Assembly (NCBI GenBank): GCA_963819655.1
Contig: CAWFXA010000002.1
Span: 256,001 to 320,000, forward strand
Origin: an uncultured Chloroflexia bacterium
Lineage (GTDB): Bacteria; Chloroflexota; Limnocylindria; Limnocylindrales; CSP1-4
DNA: 64,000 bases
Reading direction: 5' to 3'
A program made the translations under genes and the position numbers. Of this stretch, positions 31,156 to 42,419 are shown piece after piece; the first letter of the stretch is position 1, and each line of letters begins with the position of its first letter. A model generated the notes under the pieces. It had not been told where the DNA came from. It did no database searches and saw only the letters and a program-made list of their open reading frames with translations.

Positions 31156-32487
31156 AGCCCGTCCATGCGAGGCTTACCGGTCGGCGACCGCACGGTCGCC
31201 CAGGTGTCACCTTTTCGCCAGCGGTACCAGACGGCGTCACGTCCAAGGACCTCGACGGTCTTGGCGTCCTCGCGGTAAACAACCGACTGTCCATGCCCTC
31301 CGAATGACCGCCAGGTTGCCGTTTGCCTGAATTCGACCTCAGTGGCTGAAGTCCCCGGGATGGACGACCCCGGCGACAGGAGCGTCGTCCGGGCGTGGAA
31401 TGCCTTGTCGTTCCAGCCGACCACCGGGAGGAGATCGCGCACATCGGGCGGCTCGGTCGACCCGTGCTGCTGTCCCTGCGCCGCAAATCCCTCAGCAATT
31501 CGAACCGCGCCTGTTGGCAATTGGCCGGCAAGGAGCCATGCCGTCGTGGGACGGACATCGACGTCCAACCCTAGCGGCGTGAGCAGTTCCAGGGCCTTGA
31601 TGATGTCTCCCGCTGCCGCGATCCATCGAGGATATCGATTGAAGCGCCCGTCCCGATAGACGACCTGCGGGCATCCGCCGTCGTCGTCACGCGAACGCAC
31701 CACGAACTCAGCCGCCAAACGAGCAGCCTCCAGATAGCGCGGATCTTCGAGCGCTCGATGGGCGGCGACCAATCCTGGGATGCAGCGTGCGATGTAGTAC
31801 GGAAAGAATTGGTCGATCCTTCGGTCGTTGATGGTGGCCTGACTGATCGCTCCAACCACTGCGCGACCTGGCTCACGCACCTGATGGCCCACGATCGAAT
31901 CGGCCGTCGGCCCGACATAGCGCTCCACATATTCGCGATCACCGGTCAGCTCGGCGAGGCGGCACAAGGCCTCGATGATGGTCGCGGCCTTGTTCGGAAC
32001 GAACGCTCGATGCCCATCGAGAGAATCGGTGATCCTGCTCCGTCCACAAGGAGCCGATGTGGTGCTCGACAAGGTTGCGTTCCGCAGTTTCGAGATACGC
32101 GTCCCAGCCCGTCTGGTCGGCGTCGCGTAGAGCACTGGCGAGCACGAGCAGGGCGAGGTCAGCTGCCGCTTCATGTGGCGTTCCGCCAGCGCCCGGGTTC
32201 CGTTCAAATCCTGAGTTCCTATAGCGGCCATCCCGCAGTTGCCCACTGACCAGGTCGTCGCCGGCTCGACGAGCCTTGGCCAGCCATCGTTCGTCGCGAG
32301 TGCGTTGGGACAGCGTTACGTAGCCACAGATCATTCCCTCGTACCGCCAATCGAGCCCCGCCCCGCAATACAGGAGGGAGTCGCTCCACCAATGGGCGAC
32401 AGGCCCACCATAACCATCCGGTCCCCGCATGGCATCAAGCCAGGCATCAAGGCGCGAGATCGCGACCGCGATGGCCGAGTCGTTCAT
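31152..32487 (-). CDS. Hypothetical alpha/alpha-toroid protein (frameshift near 32040)
   Basis: ORFs 31939-32535 and 31152-32246 joined; repeats ERWLAKARRAGDDL..QLRDG, RYLEAARLAAEF..DDDGG, WLLAGQLPTG. Confidence 0.65.
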
Positions 32488-33220
32488 GATCGGGTCGTGG
32501 TCGACCCGCGTCCGACCCATACTCCGATGGACCAAAGTGCGGGCTTACCCGACTCGATCAGCGCTAGCCGATACGTCGCTTCCATCCGATCGGCGAGGTC
32601 CCACCGACCCAGCTTCGCTGCGATGATCCGGATCGGAGCGCGCGCGGCACTTCGGAGCCCCAACATTCGCCATTCCTGTTCGGTGGCGAAACCCAACCGG
32701 CTTCCGACGAGGAAGGGATCAGTCGGACGAGGGGGCCGATGGCGACGCTCCCGCCGAGCAGTCACTCTCCATCGATCCAATGGTCCAGCTCCGATGACGG
32801 CGATCGTTGCCGAGTCAGCGACGGTTCTTTCGATCAAGGCGATGCCGGCGTCAAGCGTGTCCTCCGTGGGCTTGAACCACATGACCTTCTCGATCGGAGC
32901 CTGCGTTCGCCCGTCGAACGCGTCGATCGTGGAGATACGGATCGTGTCCGGGTTAGGGTGGATCCGGAGCCGACGATCCCCGCGGCGTCCCGCGCCAGGT
33001 CATTCGTGGGCACCGCGATCGTGACTGGGCATGTAAGCCGTGAAAGCGCTTCCGTTACGGCCGCAGCAGAGCCCGTGAGGGGGAGCGGCCAGGGCCGCTG
33101 CCGTCCTGCTCCAGGCGGGAGCTGAGATGGCGAGCGCCAAACGCTCCGGAAGTGAGGCGAGGCGTCGGCACCCGAGTGGCGATGTCTGCGGTACATCCAT
33201 TCGCGATCACCGGTCGCCAT
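32484..33220 (-). CDS. Hypothetical protein (frameshifted; start approximate)
   Basis: ORF 32484-32882 plus upstream frames; stop overlaps the next ATG (ATGA), indicating translational coupling. Confidence 0.45.
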
Positions 33221-34320
33221 CACCGGTACATCGGGCCAAATCGGTGTCGCCCACCTTCTGTAGAACGGATTTGTCAGCGTTTCCACCCAATCAGCCGCTG
33301 GGTGTCTGAGCTCGGACAACTCGAGGTCATCGCTCATGCTGGCGAGCAATCGGCGATCCGACACTCGTCGCAACCGTTGCGTTCGTCGACGAGCCGAGCC
33401 AATCGGCCGGCATCGTCCTTGCAGCCCAGACGTAGGCCCTCAGCTTTGCGAGGACGATCGACGGACCACGAGTGGCGGCGTAGGAGAGAACGAGGAGCTC
33501 GGTGACGGCGAGTGCAGGCATCAGAACGAGGAGCGTCCGCCACCTAAAGAGCTTCGCGAGTAGGAGAAACCTGTTCCGCTCCAGCCAGTGGATCTTGTCG
33601 AGGGGGAAGCTGGCGCGAAATCGTGGATGACCGTCGTACTGGGTACGCACAAGATCCGGTATCCAGCCCGTGCCACCCGCAGAGACAGATCGGTCTCTTC
33701 GAGATACATGAAAAAGAGAGGGTCGAATCCACCCACTGCATCGAACACGTCGCGACGCACCACCAGTGCAGCCCCAGAAACCGCTCCGACAGCTTCGATG
33801 CTCGAATAGGCAGATGCCGGCTGCCCATAGCCCCGGCAGGTCGTGATGCCGGTGTAGTGCGGAGAGCCGCCACATGCATTCAGGCTGCTCGTGTCGCTTG
33901 ACAAAAGGATCTTCGGGGTCGCCAACCCCACCGATCGGTCGTCCTGCATCGCGGCGAGGAGTGGAGGCAGCCATCCCAGTTGACCGTGACGTCCTGGTTC
34001 AACACCGCTACGTACTCGAGCGATGTAGCCGCGATTCCGAGGTTCGCGCCATGCCCGTAGCCGACGTTGACGTTCGACCGGATGACCGCGATGTCTGGAT
34101 GAACCCGCCGGACCAGATCCACGGTCCGGTCGCGAGAGGCATTATCCACGACAACGATGTCCGAGGGCTCGCTCCCGGCCTCCATCAAAGACCGCAAACA
34201 TCGCTCGATGAACGCAGCCCCATCGTGGGTGATGACAACGACTGCACACCGAACGGATGCCGCAGGGTCCACGAGAGCCGGTGTATCGGCCGTCTGCGGT
34301 CTAGTGACCGTTACGACCAC
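33200..34320 (-). CDS. Glycosyltransferase family 2 (rhamnosyltransferase-like; frameshifted, ends approximate)
   Basis: VVVDNASRD, NVGYGHGANLG, VLNQD, SGAALVVRR, GGFDPLFFMYLEETDL, ERNR, RRVSDRRLL..NPFYR. Confidence 0.8.
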
Positions 34321-35304
34321 TGTCGCTGTCCCTGGCGATCGCATCAAGCCGTTGCTGCACATCGAGGAAGATCCCGCGAAGGGCGTGCAGCAGGAGCGCG
34401 GCGAGCATTCCCATCGCACCGACCACAACAAGCAAGATGGTGAGCATCCCGAGCGCCGCAGAGAAGAAGCTATTGCGGATGTACGTGTCGATCGTGAGCC
34501 AGCCCGTGGTCAAGCCTGCGATCACGATCAGGAGGCTTGGTAATCCGAAGAACAGGAGTGGTCGGTACCGGGCAGCTAGCCTGATGAGCCCGTCAAGGAC
34601 GCTGAAACCCTGCGAGATGACATTCCGCTTCGGGGGATCTTCATACCTGGTGCTGATGGGGACCTCCGCGTGGCGAAGGCCGTACATCTCTTCGAGGAAC
34701 TGATCTCCATCTCGACGGAAAATCCGTTCGTCCGAAAATGCAGCAGGTCGACAGCCGCTCGAGAGAAGGCTCGAAAGCCACTCTGAGAGTCGCTCGAACT
34801 ACGCCCTGACGCCGCGTTAGTTGCGGCATTGAAAGCCCGAAGGCCAAACCGGCGGACCGCAGGGATCGCTCGGGGCTGTCTCGAAGGAAACGTGACCCAA
34901 GCACGATGTCCGCTCGGCCGCCACAGAATCGGGGCGATCAGCTGCTCGACCTCCCTGGGATCGTGCTGCCAGTCGCCATCCATGAGCACCAAGACGGTAG
35001 CCGAGCTGCGTCTTGCCGCCGCGAAGGCGGTATTCATCGCGGCCGCCTTTCCGCAATTCGACCGGTGGCGCTCGACGATGGCCCCAGCGGCGGCAGCAAG
35101 CTCAGCTGTCCGATCGTCTGATCCGTCGTCGACGACCAGGCATTGATAGCCGTCCAACAGGACGGCGTGCACGATGCTGCCGATGAAGCGCTCTTCATTG
35201 TGAGCAGGGATCGCGACCAACACGTCCCGCGAGCCATCCGATGGAGCGCGGGCCATCACAGGAACCGCGGGGCGGGCCGTGGACTGGGTGACGCTCACGG
35301 CCAC
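34301..35304 (-). CDS. DPM1-like polyprenol-phosphate glycosyltransferase (GT2) with two C-terminal TMs (frameshifted)
   Basis: IPAHNEE, VVDDGSDD, GKAAA, MDGDWQHDP, GSRF, DSQSGFRAFSR, EVPISTRY, RPLLFFG. Confidence 0.85.
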
Positions 35305-35307
35305 GGA

Positions 35308-35535
35308 TCAGCCGATGGACTGGGCCAGCACGAAGGCCGTGGCGATGCCGAGCGGAATCAATCCGATCCTCAAGCCTCCCGAGGCGCGCCTTGACGCGTC
35401 GCCCTCCACAGCGGTCACAACGACCTTCTCGACGACGAGGACAAGCAGGGTCATGAGCAAGACCGCATGGAGACCGGCCGTGGAAGTCGACTCTTGGACG
35501 CCTGTCACAACCGAGACGGCTTGGTGCGGAATCAA
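35308..35535 (-). CDS. Small two-TM membrane protein with Ser/Thr-rich N-terminus
   Basis: 75 aa; TTG start after GGGGAG; STSTAG..LLVLVVEKVV..RRASGGLRIGLIPL; 3 bp from the DPM-like GT2. Confidence 0.65.
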   Translation of the reverse strand: MIPHQAVSVVTGVQESTSTAGLHAVLLMTLLVLVVEKVVVTAVEGDASRRASGGLRIGLIPLGIATAFVLAQSIG

Positions 35536-35603
35536 GGCAATCGTCTCCCCCCGATCGCAACTCTTAGGTGGCGACCCCCGCTCGCCTTCGTTCTCCTAGC
35601 CCT

Positions 35604-35633
35604 ACTCTAGACTCCGGACGACCAGGACGACAA
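35604..35633 (-). promoter_or_regulatory. Possible sigma70 promoter for the small-protein/GT operon
   Basis: Minus strand TTGTCG-18 bp-TAGAGT. Confidence 0.35.
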
Positions 35634-35699
35634 GTACCCGTGCGTCGGGCCCAAAAAATGCAATGCGGCCCTTGCGCTACGGCGCGAGCGTTCTTCGGA

Positions 35700-35850
35700 G
35701 TGTGGCGCATCGCCAATTCGCCGCCTGGCCGCGAGCTCCCACCGTGACGCCGTCTGTGCGAACACGCTCTCGACCGCGGCCTCGAGGAAGGGCACCGTCG
35801 CGTCGAGGAAGATCGTAACGACGCGACACGATCTGCGGAGGCGTCACACG
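35700..35850 (-). pseudogene. Truncated N-terminal fragment of a GT2
   Basis: TIFLDA..PFLEAAVESVFAQT..RWEL, then homology stops before the DDGS motif. Confidence 0.55.
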
Positions 35851-36822
35851 ACGCGGATCCGGGCATGACGCCACAACAGACGGCCGAAGCCCTCCCCGTC
35901 GACATCCTCGACGAACAGGCGTGGCAGCGTGAAGCGGTCCGCTCCGTGACGCACCGTCCCCGGCGTGGCCATGAATGCCTGCATGAATCCCGCCAACCGG
36001 ACGGCCCGTTGCCCGTCGCCGACGTCCGACTTGCCACCGTGCGGATAGGCGAATGACTCAACAGGACGGCCGATTCGATCCTCTAGCTCGGCACGACCAG
36101 AGTCAATCTGGGCGGTCGTGGCGTCCGGGGTCAGCCCCGCCAACCAGGCGTGGTCGGCCGTGTGCGAGCCGATCTCGAGGCGGTCGTCGCGTGCCAGCTG
36201 ATCCAGCTCGCCTGACGTGAGCGTCCGGTGGCTCGGTCGTGGTGTTGCTGGCATGCCCGCCCACGCAAGGAGTGATTCTGCGGCGCGATCACGAACACCC
36301 GGCAGCTGCCGGCGCAGGAGCGCCCAGACCTCCCGATAAAGCGCCGTCCGTGAGGCCGCGTCCTGAGGATCGATCGTAACGCGCTCGCCACCAAGGCTGA
36401 GCCGGATGGGTTCGCTCGGCCTATTGGGCCCGAGGAGTGCGCGCTCTACCTGATCCCACCAGAACTCGCTCTCGCGGTCAATCGCCCGAGACACCAGAAA
36501 GGCAGTCGCCCGAAGGTCTGCGCGTGACAGCCGTGGCTGAACCTCGTCCACGAGATCGGCGTAGCCGTCGTCGAATGTGATAACCACTGTTCGCGGTGGA
36601 AGCCGGCGTCCCTCGAGCGCGCGCCCGAGCTCCGCAGCCGTCATGATCGTGCACGACCGGGCTAGGACGTCCAGATGCTGGCCGAAGTGCTCGGGTGTGA
36701 CTGCCAGACGCCAAGGGTCGGTACCGCGCTGGCCGATCCGGTGATACAGGAGCACCAATGCGCCGCGCCGGGCGGGCGGAGCTGATTGCCCATCGGGCCT
36801 GGCGCAGCGTAAGACTCATCAT
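35844..36822 (-). CDS. Polysaccharide deacetylase (NodB-like; frameshift near 36765)
   Basis: VLLYHRI, VITFDDGY, IGSHTADH, FAYPHG, LPRL. Confidence 0.88.
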
Positions 36823-37143
36823 TCGCCTGTCTGGAGCTTTAAGCAGCGGAAGCGCGCTTCATGCACAGGATATTCATGAACCGCGCGATCGGTTCGCCCG
36901 GAGCTCATCGGCCTCGTCGGTGCACTGAGCTAGGGTGACACTCGCGCAAACGGCTTGTGACGAACCTCGAGACCGCAGACTCATGCTCGCCAGTCCTATA
37001 TGGATGCGGGAAAAGAGCTGCCGCTTTCGCGCATCGTCTGGCCGGAACATCACGCAAAGGCAGCCGCCGCAAGGCGCGGCGTGGCTTACGACAAGAGTGG
37101 CGGGCTCCCCCATCAGCTGAGAAGGTATTCGCAAAACAGGGCG

Positions 37144-38262
37144 ATGAAGGACCGAACGGCCATCCAGTACGTCGATGCGCTCGAGTTCGGCGGTAGCGAG
37201 CGCGTCGCGTTGACCCTTGCGGCAGGGATCGGAGCGACGCGCGGCTGGCGATCGGTGATCGCATATCACCGCGAACCCGCGATCGCCCCCCTTGCGTCCG
37301 AGGCGCGAGCATTGGGAATCGAAACCGTTGCCCTGCCGGCGCGCGGAGTCAAGCGGCTTGGCGGCTTAGCTTCGTTCGCAGCCCATATGCGCTCGACGTC
37401 TCCTAGCGTATTGCACGCACACTTGCCGAACCCACTTGCGGCACGTGGTGGCCTCTGGGCGGCCGTCGCCGCGAACCCACCGGCTGTGGTTGCGACTGCG
37501 CACCTCGATGTACCGCTGCGCCGTTTCTGGCAGCGAGCGCGAGCGCGGGCGGTACGCGTGGACCACTACGTTGCTGTCTCGGAAGCGGTCGGGGACGGTC
37601 TCCGCTCGTTGGGCATCGACGTCAACTCGATCTCCGTAGTCCATAACGGCCTGCCTGATATCGAGGCATATGCCGGCAGCAAGGCTGGCACGGTTCGGAC
37701 CGAGCCTGCGCATACGGTGGTTACGGTCGCGCGACTCGTTTCCCAGAAGGGACATCGGGTGCTGCTGCAGGCTTTGGTCACCCTGCCGGGCGTCACGGTT
37801 CTGTTCGCCGGCGATGGACCGCTCCGCGCTGATCTGGAGAAACTCGCAAGGGAGTTGGGCGTCGCCGATCGAACGCGGTTCCTTGGGAACGTCGCCGACG
37901 TACCTGGACTGCTCGCGGGAGCCGACGTCTTTGCCCTGACTTCATTCAACGAAGGGTTGCCTCTATCGATCCTGGAAGCGATGGCGGCCGGCCTGCCGGT
38001 CGTGGCAAGTCGTGTCGGCGGAACACCAGAGGTCGTCGCCGATGGCGAAACGGGGCTTCTCGTCGTGCCCGACGACCCAGCGTCGACGGCTTACGCCATC
38101 CGACGCCTTCTGGAGGACGCCGCGCAACGCGAACGTCTGGGGAAGCGAGGCCAGCGTCTAGTTCGCGAAAGGTTCACCGCAGCGAAGATGGTCGAAGGCG
38201 TGATTGCAGTCTACGAGGATGTTCTCGCGCGGCGTAGCGGTAGGCGAGTTCCCGTCGGCTGA
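37144..38262 (+). CDS. Glycosyltransferase family 4
   Basis: FGGSER, VARLVSQKG, GDGPLR, EGLPLSILEAMAAGLPVV. Confidence 0.92.
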   Translation: MKDRTAIQYVDALEFGGSERVALTLAAGIGATRGWRSVIAYHREPAIAPLASEARALGIETVALPARGVKRLGGLASFAAHMRSTSPSVLHAHLPNPLAARGGLWAAVAANPPAVVATAHLDVPLRRFWQRARARAVRVDHYVAVSEAVGDGLRSLGIDVNSISVVHNGLPDIEAYAGSKAGTVRTEPAHTVVTVARLVSQKGHRVLLQALVTLPGVTVLFAGDGPLRADLEKLARELGVADRTRFLGNVADVPGLLAGADVFALTSFNEGLPLSILEAMAAGLPVVASRVGGTPEVVADGETGLLVVPDDPASTAYAIRRLLEDAAQRERLGKRGQRLVRERFTAAKMVEGVIAVYEDVLARRSGRRVPVG

Positions 38263-39343
38263 TGGTGCGTCGGGTGAGGTCGAACGGTGCCCGAGACGGG
38301 AGACCCTTGCCAGACGTCAGCGTCGTGATCCCGACGCGGGATCGTCGCGATCTACTGCTCGAAGCGCTACGCGCGCTGGCTACTCAAACCCTGGCGACCG
38401 AACGTTATGAGGTCATCCCAGTCGTCGACGGTTCGGCGGACCGGACCGTCGAAGCTCTCGCCGAGCTCGAGCTTCCATACGTGCTCCGGCAGATCGTTCA
38501 GCCACCCAAGGGCCGCGCCGGAGCGTGCAATACCGGGATCCGGGCTGCCGAGGGCACGATCATCGTGCTGCTCGACGACGATATGGTTCCCTCCGCGGAT
38601 TTCCTGGCCGCGCACCTTCGAGCGCATGCGGCCGGTGATCACCTTGGGGTGCTGGGGCCCGTGCCCATCCTCCACGGCATGGAAGGCAACGCCGTGGAGC
38701 GGTATGTCGCCAAGAAGTTCGATCGCCACCTAGCGAGGCTCGCATCAGGAGTGCCGATCGGTTTCCGCGAACTGTATACGGGCAACTTTTCAGCACGAGC
38801 CTCCGACCTCCGCCGGGTGGGACTCTTCGACGAGAGCTTCACCGTCTATGGGAACGAAGACGGCGAGCTCGGTATCCGGTTGCTTGAGGCCGGTGTCAGG
38901 CTTCGGTACGACCCTGCTGCCCTGGCGCGGCAGCGATTTACGAAGACGTTCGCGGACCTCGCCCGGGACAACGAGGCCAAAGGCCGCACCGCCGTCATGC
39001 TTTCGAGAAAGCATCCGCTGGCGATCTCCCAACTGAAGCTATCGGCACGGCCAACCCGCCGGCTCCGCCTGGCCGCGCAACCCTGTTCTCTTTGACGCGC
39101 GTTTCGTCGCGGCTGCCTGAAGCGTTGGTGGCCGGCTTCGGAATGCTCGAGCGGGTGTCGCCCTCCCTGGCCGAGTACTTGTGCCCCGCGATCCTCGATT
39201 ACTTCTACTGGCGCGGGGCTCGCACTGAGGCGCACGGCGCGGACTACTCCGCGGAACACGTGCGGCCGGCGGAGGCGAGTCGGAACGCGCTGCTGCGACG
39301 GGCCGACTGGCGCCTCCTCTGCCAGACCCGAGCCCCGTCATGA
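38262..39343 (+). CDS. Glycosyltransferase family 2 (frameshift near 39090; may run into the next gene)
   Basis: SVVIPTRDR, VVDGSAD, LDDD, TGNFS, FDESF..YGNEDGELG. Confidence 0.8.
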
Positions 39344-40772
39344 CGGTTTGCTACGACCCCGCGCTTCGTCGTGCTGCTGCGCTCATGTCTGCGCACCTCA
39401 TGGACCCGTCTGACATGCCACAGGACTGCGATCTAGCAGTCTTGGTGAATACACGGATCGGCGCGCGCTCGCATCCGCCCGAGAAGCGCTCAAGCTAGCC
39501 GGGCGGCGTGTGTTATGTGGAATGGGGTCCGCTGAAGATGATCAGATCAGACGTGGCCGCGCGTAGGCTGACGCAAGCGGGGTATGGTTCCGTTCGCTGC
39601 TACTGGCCGTTTCCGCGCCGCGGCGCTGCACACGTGTGGCTGCCATTGGACTCGCCTTCCGCCATTCGCTATTACCTCGCGACCCGGGCATCCCGACCGT
39701 ACTTCCCCACCCGCTTGGCACACGCTGTCGGCCATGCGATCGCAGCCCTGGCCATTCGAGCCGGCGTGGCCGGGACCATCGTGGCCGTCGCCCAGAAGCC
39801 CGCCTCGCTGGCGAAGAGGAACGGTCTTCGACGCCACAGCCAGCTCACGGCAGTTGCTGCTGACCGGCGGGCCAAGGTCGACCAGCAAGGCGGTAAGCGT
39901 CGTCTTTGCGGGGCCCGACCCGTTTCCGGAATCGATCGTCAAGATGAACCGGACGCCTGAAGCACGTGCTGGCATCATGCGCGAGGCCGAGATGCTCCGC
40001 TATCTGGAGCGCGACCGGTCGAGCCTAACGGGCGTCCCACGTGTCGTTTCCGTCGAAGACCTCATAGACGTCACTCGCGTCGTGGAGACCCCCCTTGAGG
40101 GCAGACCCCTGCACGGTGAGCTGCGGCGCGAGAACCTCGCCAGGAACGCAGACATGGTCACCGAGTGGGCCCTCGGATTGGCGGGTCTGGAGCCACGGGC
40201 ATCGGCCGACGCACTGTGGTCGGAGCTGGCAGATCCGATCGTTGCCCGTTTCAGACGGGCCTACGGTCCGGAACTGGATGAGCGGGAGTGGCAGGAGAGC
40301 CAGCGCATCCTTGCCGCCCTCGACGACATGCCCATCGTCCCGGAACACCGCGACTTCGGACCGTGGAACATGCTTATCGATCACGGGCGTCTTGGGGTGC
40401 TCGATTGGGAATGGGCCGTTCCGCGCGGCCTTCCCGCACTCGATCTCCATCTACTTCATTTTGTACGCGGTCGGATATGCCACGGGGGTCCGACGCCATC
40501 GCCGACTCCTCGATGTGTATCGCGCGGTCCGAGACGTGGATACGCCGTTCGGCGCTCTGGCGAACGACGCGCTTCGCCGATATTGCGGTGCACTTGGAGT
40601 CGATCCTGGCCAACTTAGGGCGCTCCACCTTCTCACGTGGATGGTGCACGCGCCATAGGAGCATCGGCGACAGATCGAGGACGCTGGCAGCCGAAGCCTC
40701 CGCCACGTTGGAGTTCAAAGCTTCTTCGTTGGTCTGTGGAGGATGGAGCTCGCAACTGGCCAGCGAGGATGA
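39280..40772 (+). CDS. Aminoglycoside/choline-kinase-like phosphotransferase (multiple frameshifts; start approximate)
   Basis: RRADWRLL, LLLTGG, IVKM.R, EHRDFGPWNMLI, GVLDWE, GLPALDL. Confidence 0.65.
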
Positions 40773-41524
40773 TCGGGCGTGTGGTGCGGACGATCACGGA
40801 GGTGGCATACGAGTCCGTCCCGCGTCGGGTCCGTCGTCGGATCCGTCGGCTTCGCAAGCCCGCATACGTTGACAGCCTTCGGCGCACGACTCCCTTGAGC
40901 GATCAGTGGGGATACGATCGGGGCAACCCGGTCGACCGCTATTACATCGAGTCCTTCCTCGAAGAGCATCGGGCCGACATCAAAGGCCGCTCACTCGAAG
41001 TGATGGACCTCCGCTATGTCGACCGCTTCGGTTCAGGGGTCACAAGGCGGGACGTGCTCGATGTCGATGCTTCGAACCGTCGCGCGACGATCGTCGCCGA
41101 CCTGGCCGATGCGACAACCATCCCCGATGACTCATTCGACTGCATCGTGCTGACGCAAGTGCTTCAGCTCGTCTTCGACGTTCGGGCTGCAGTCGCCCAC
41201 CTCGAGCGGATCCTGCGGCCCGGCGGCGTCCTCCTCGCGACGGTTCCTGGGATCAGTCGCATCGGCAAACGCGAACAGGCTACGGACCTCTGGAGATTCA
41301 CGCCCGTAGCCTGCCGCCGACTCTTGGAGGCCAATTTCGATTCCGAAGAGGTCGAAGTGCGGTCCTACGGCAACGTCCTGAGCGCCAACGCGTTCCTGAC
41401 CGGAATAGCAGCCGAGGAGCTCTCGAGGCAAGAGCTTGACACCTCAGACCCCTCGTATCCGGTCATCGTGGCGGTACGCGCCCGGAAGCGCGACACGCCC
41501 CTCCCTGGCTCGCGGCACGAGTGA
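40769..41524 (+). CDS. Class I SAM-dependent methyltransferase
   Basis: WGYDRGNPVDRYYIE, ATIVADL, FDCIVLTQVL, LRPGGVLLATVP, DLWRFT. Confidence 0.88.
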   Translation: MIGRVVRTITEVAYESVPRRVRRRIRRLRKPAYVDSLRRTTPLSDQWGYDRGNPVDRYYIESFLEEHRADIKGRSLEVMDLRYVDRFGSGVTRRDVLDVDASNRRATIVADLADATTIPDDSFDCIVLTQVLQLVFDVRAAVAHLERILRPGGVLLATVPGISRIGKREQATDLWRFTPVACRRLLEANFDSEEVEVRSYGNVLSANAFLTGIAAEELSRQELDTSDPSYPVIVAVRARKRDTPLPGSRHE

Positions 41525-42419
41525 CCGCGCACGTGGTGCCTGGCTCATCCCACATCGTGGCGACACGCAACCGGCCCGGCCTGCTCGCCGATGCTGTCGC
41601 CTCGATCCTGGCGAGTGATTCGCTTCCAGCCAGTTCGTCATCAGTCGTTCAGAGCGACGCGCCCCATCCGCAGCTCGGCGAACGCTTCGTCCAGTCGCGG
41701 GCATCGAGATTCGCTACTTCTGGAGCCCTGGCGTAGGGCTTAGTCGTGCGAGGAACGAAGGCATCGATAGGGCCCACAACGAACTACTCTCCTTTACGGA
41801 CGACGACATGCTCGTGCCGCCGTCTTGGTAGGACCTTTATCCGACGCACTCGCTCGATCTGGTTGGTTCGATCCGTCATCACCGGTCCCGTGTTGGCTGC
41901 GAGGCCCGAGCGACCAGGCGCGTTCGCGCCATCGACGAGTTCAGGAGTGAGCCGTCGCACGTACATGGGACGCGTGCCGGATGACGTACTGTTCGCCGGC
42001 AACATGGCCATTCGTCGGGCCGCGTTTCGCGAGGTCGGTCCATTTGATGAGCGCCTCGGGCTCGGCGCCCGCTTCCCGGCGGCAGAGGACGATCAGCTTC
42101 GCTTATCGCCTTCCGGGCTGGCTACCGGATCATGTCGGAGCCAGATGCCGTCGTGTTCCATCGCGCCTGGCGAGATCGACGTACCTACCTTTCCGCTCCG
42201 ATGGCGGTACGGACGCGGGCAGGGTGGCTATTTAGCCAAACACCTGTCCCGAACGGACTTCTTCATGTTCGCGGATTTGTCCCGTACGAGCTGGAGTCAC
42301 CTGGCGGGCATCCATTCCTTGCGACGGACAGCATGAAGGCCGTCGGTAACGTGATCTTCGCGATCGGCGTGTTGACCGCGGCATTCGAATGGCTGCTGAC
42401 GCAGCGCGGGAAGCCCTGA
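41521..42419 (+). CDS. Glycosyltransferase family 2 (heavily frameshifted)
   Basis: IVATRNRP, TDDD, GNMAIRR, GPFDERLG.G..AED, YGRGQG. Confidence 0.7.

Noticed and set aside
27354-36870. Shared 10-mer ATGCACAGGA in two divergent intergenic regions (27354-27363 reverse, 36861-36870)
   Set aside because: One 10-bp match between regions of several hundred bp is expected by chance
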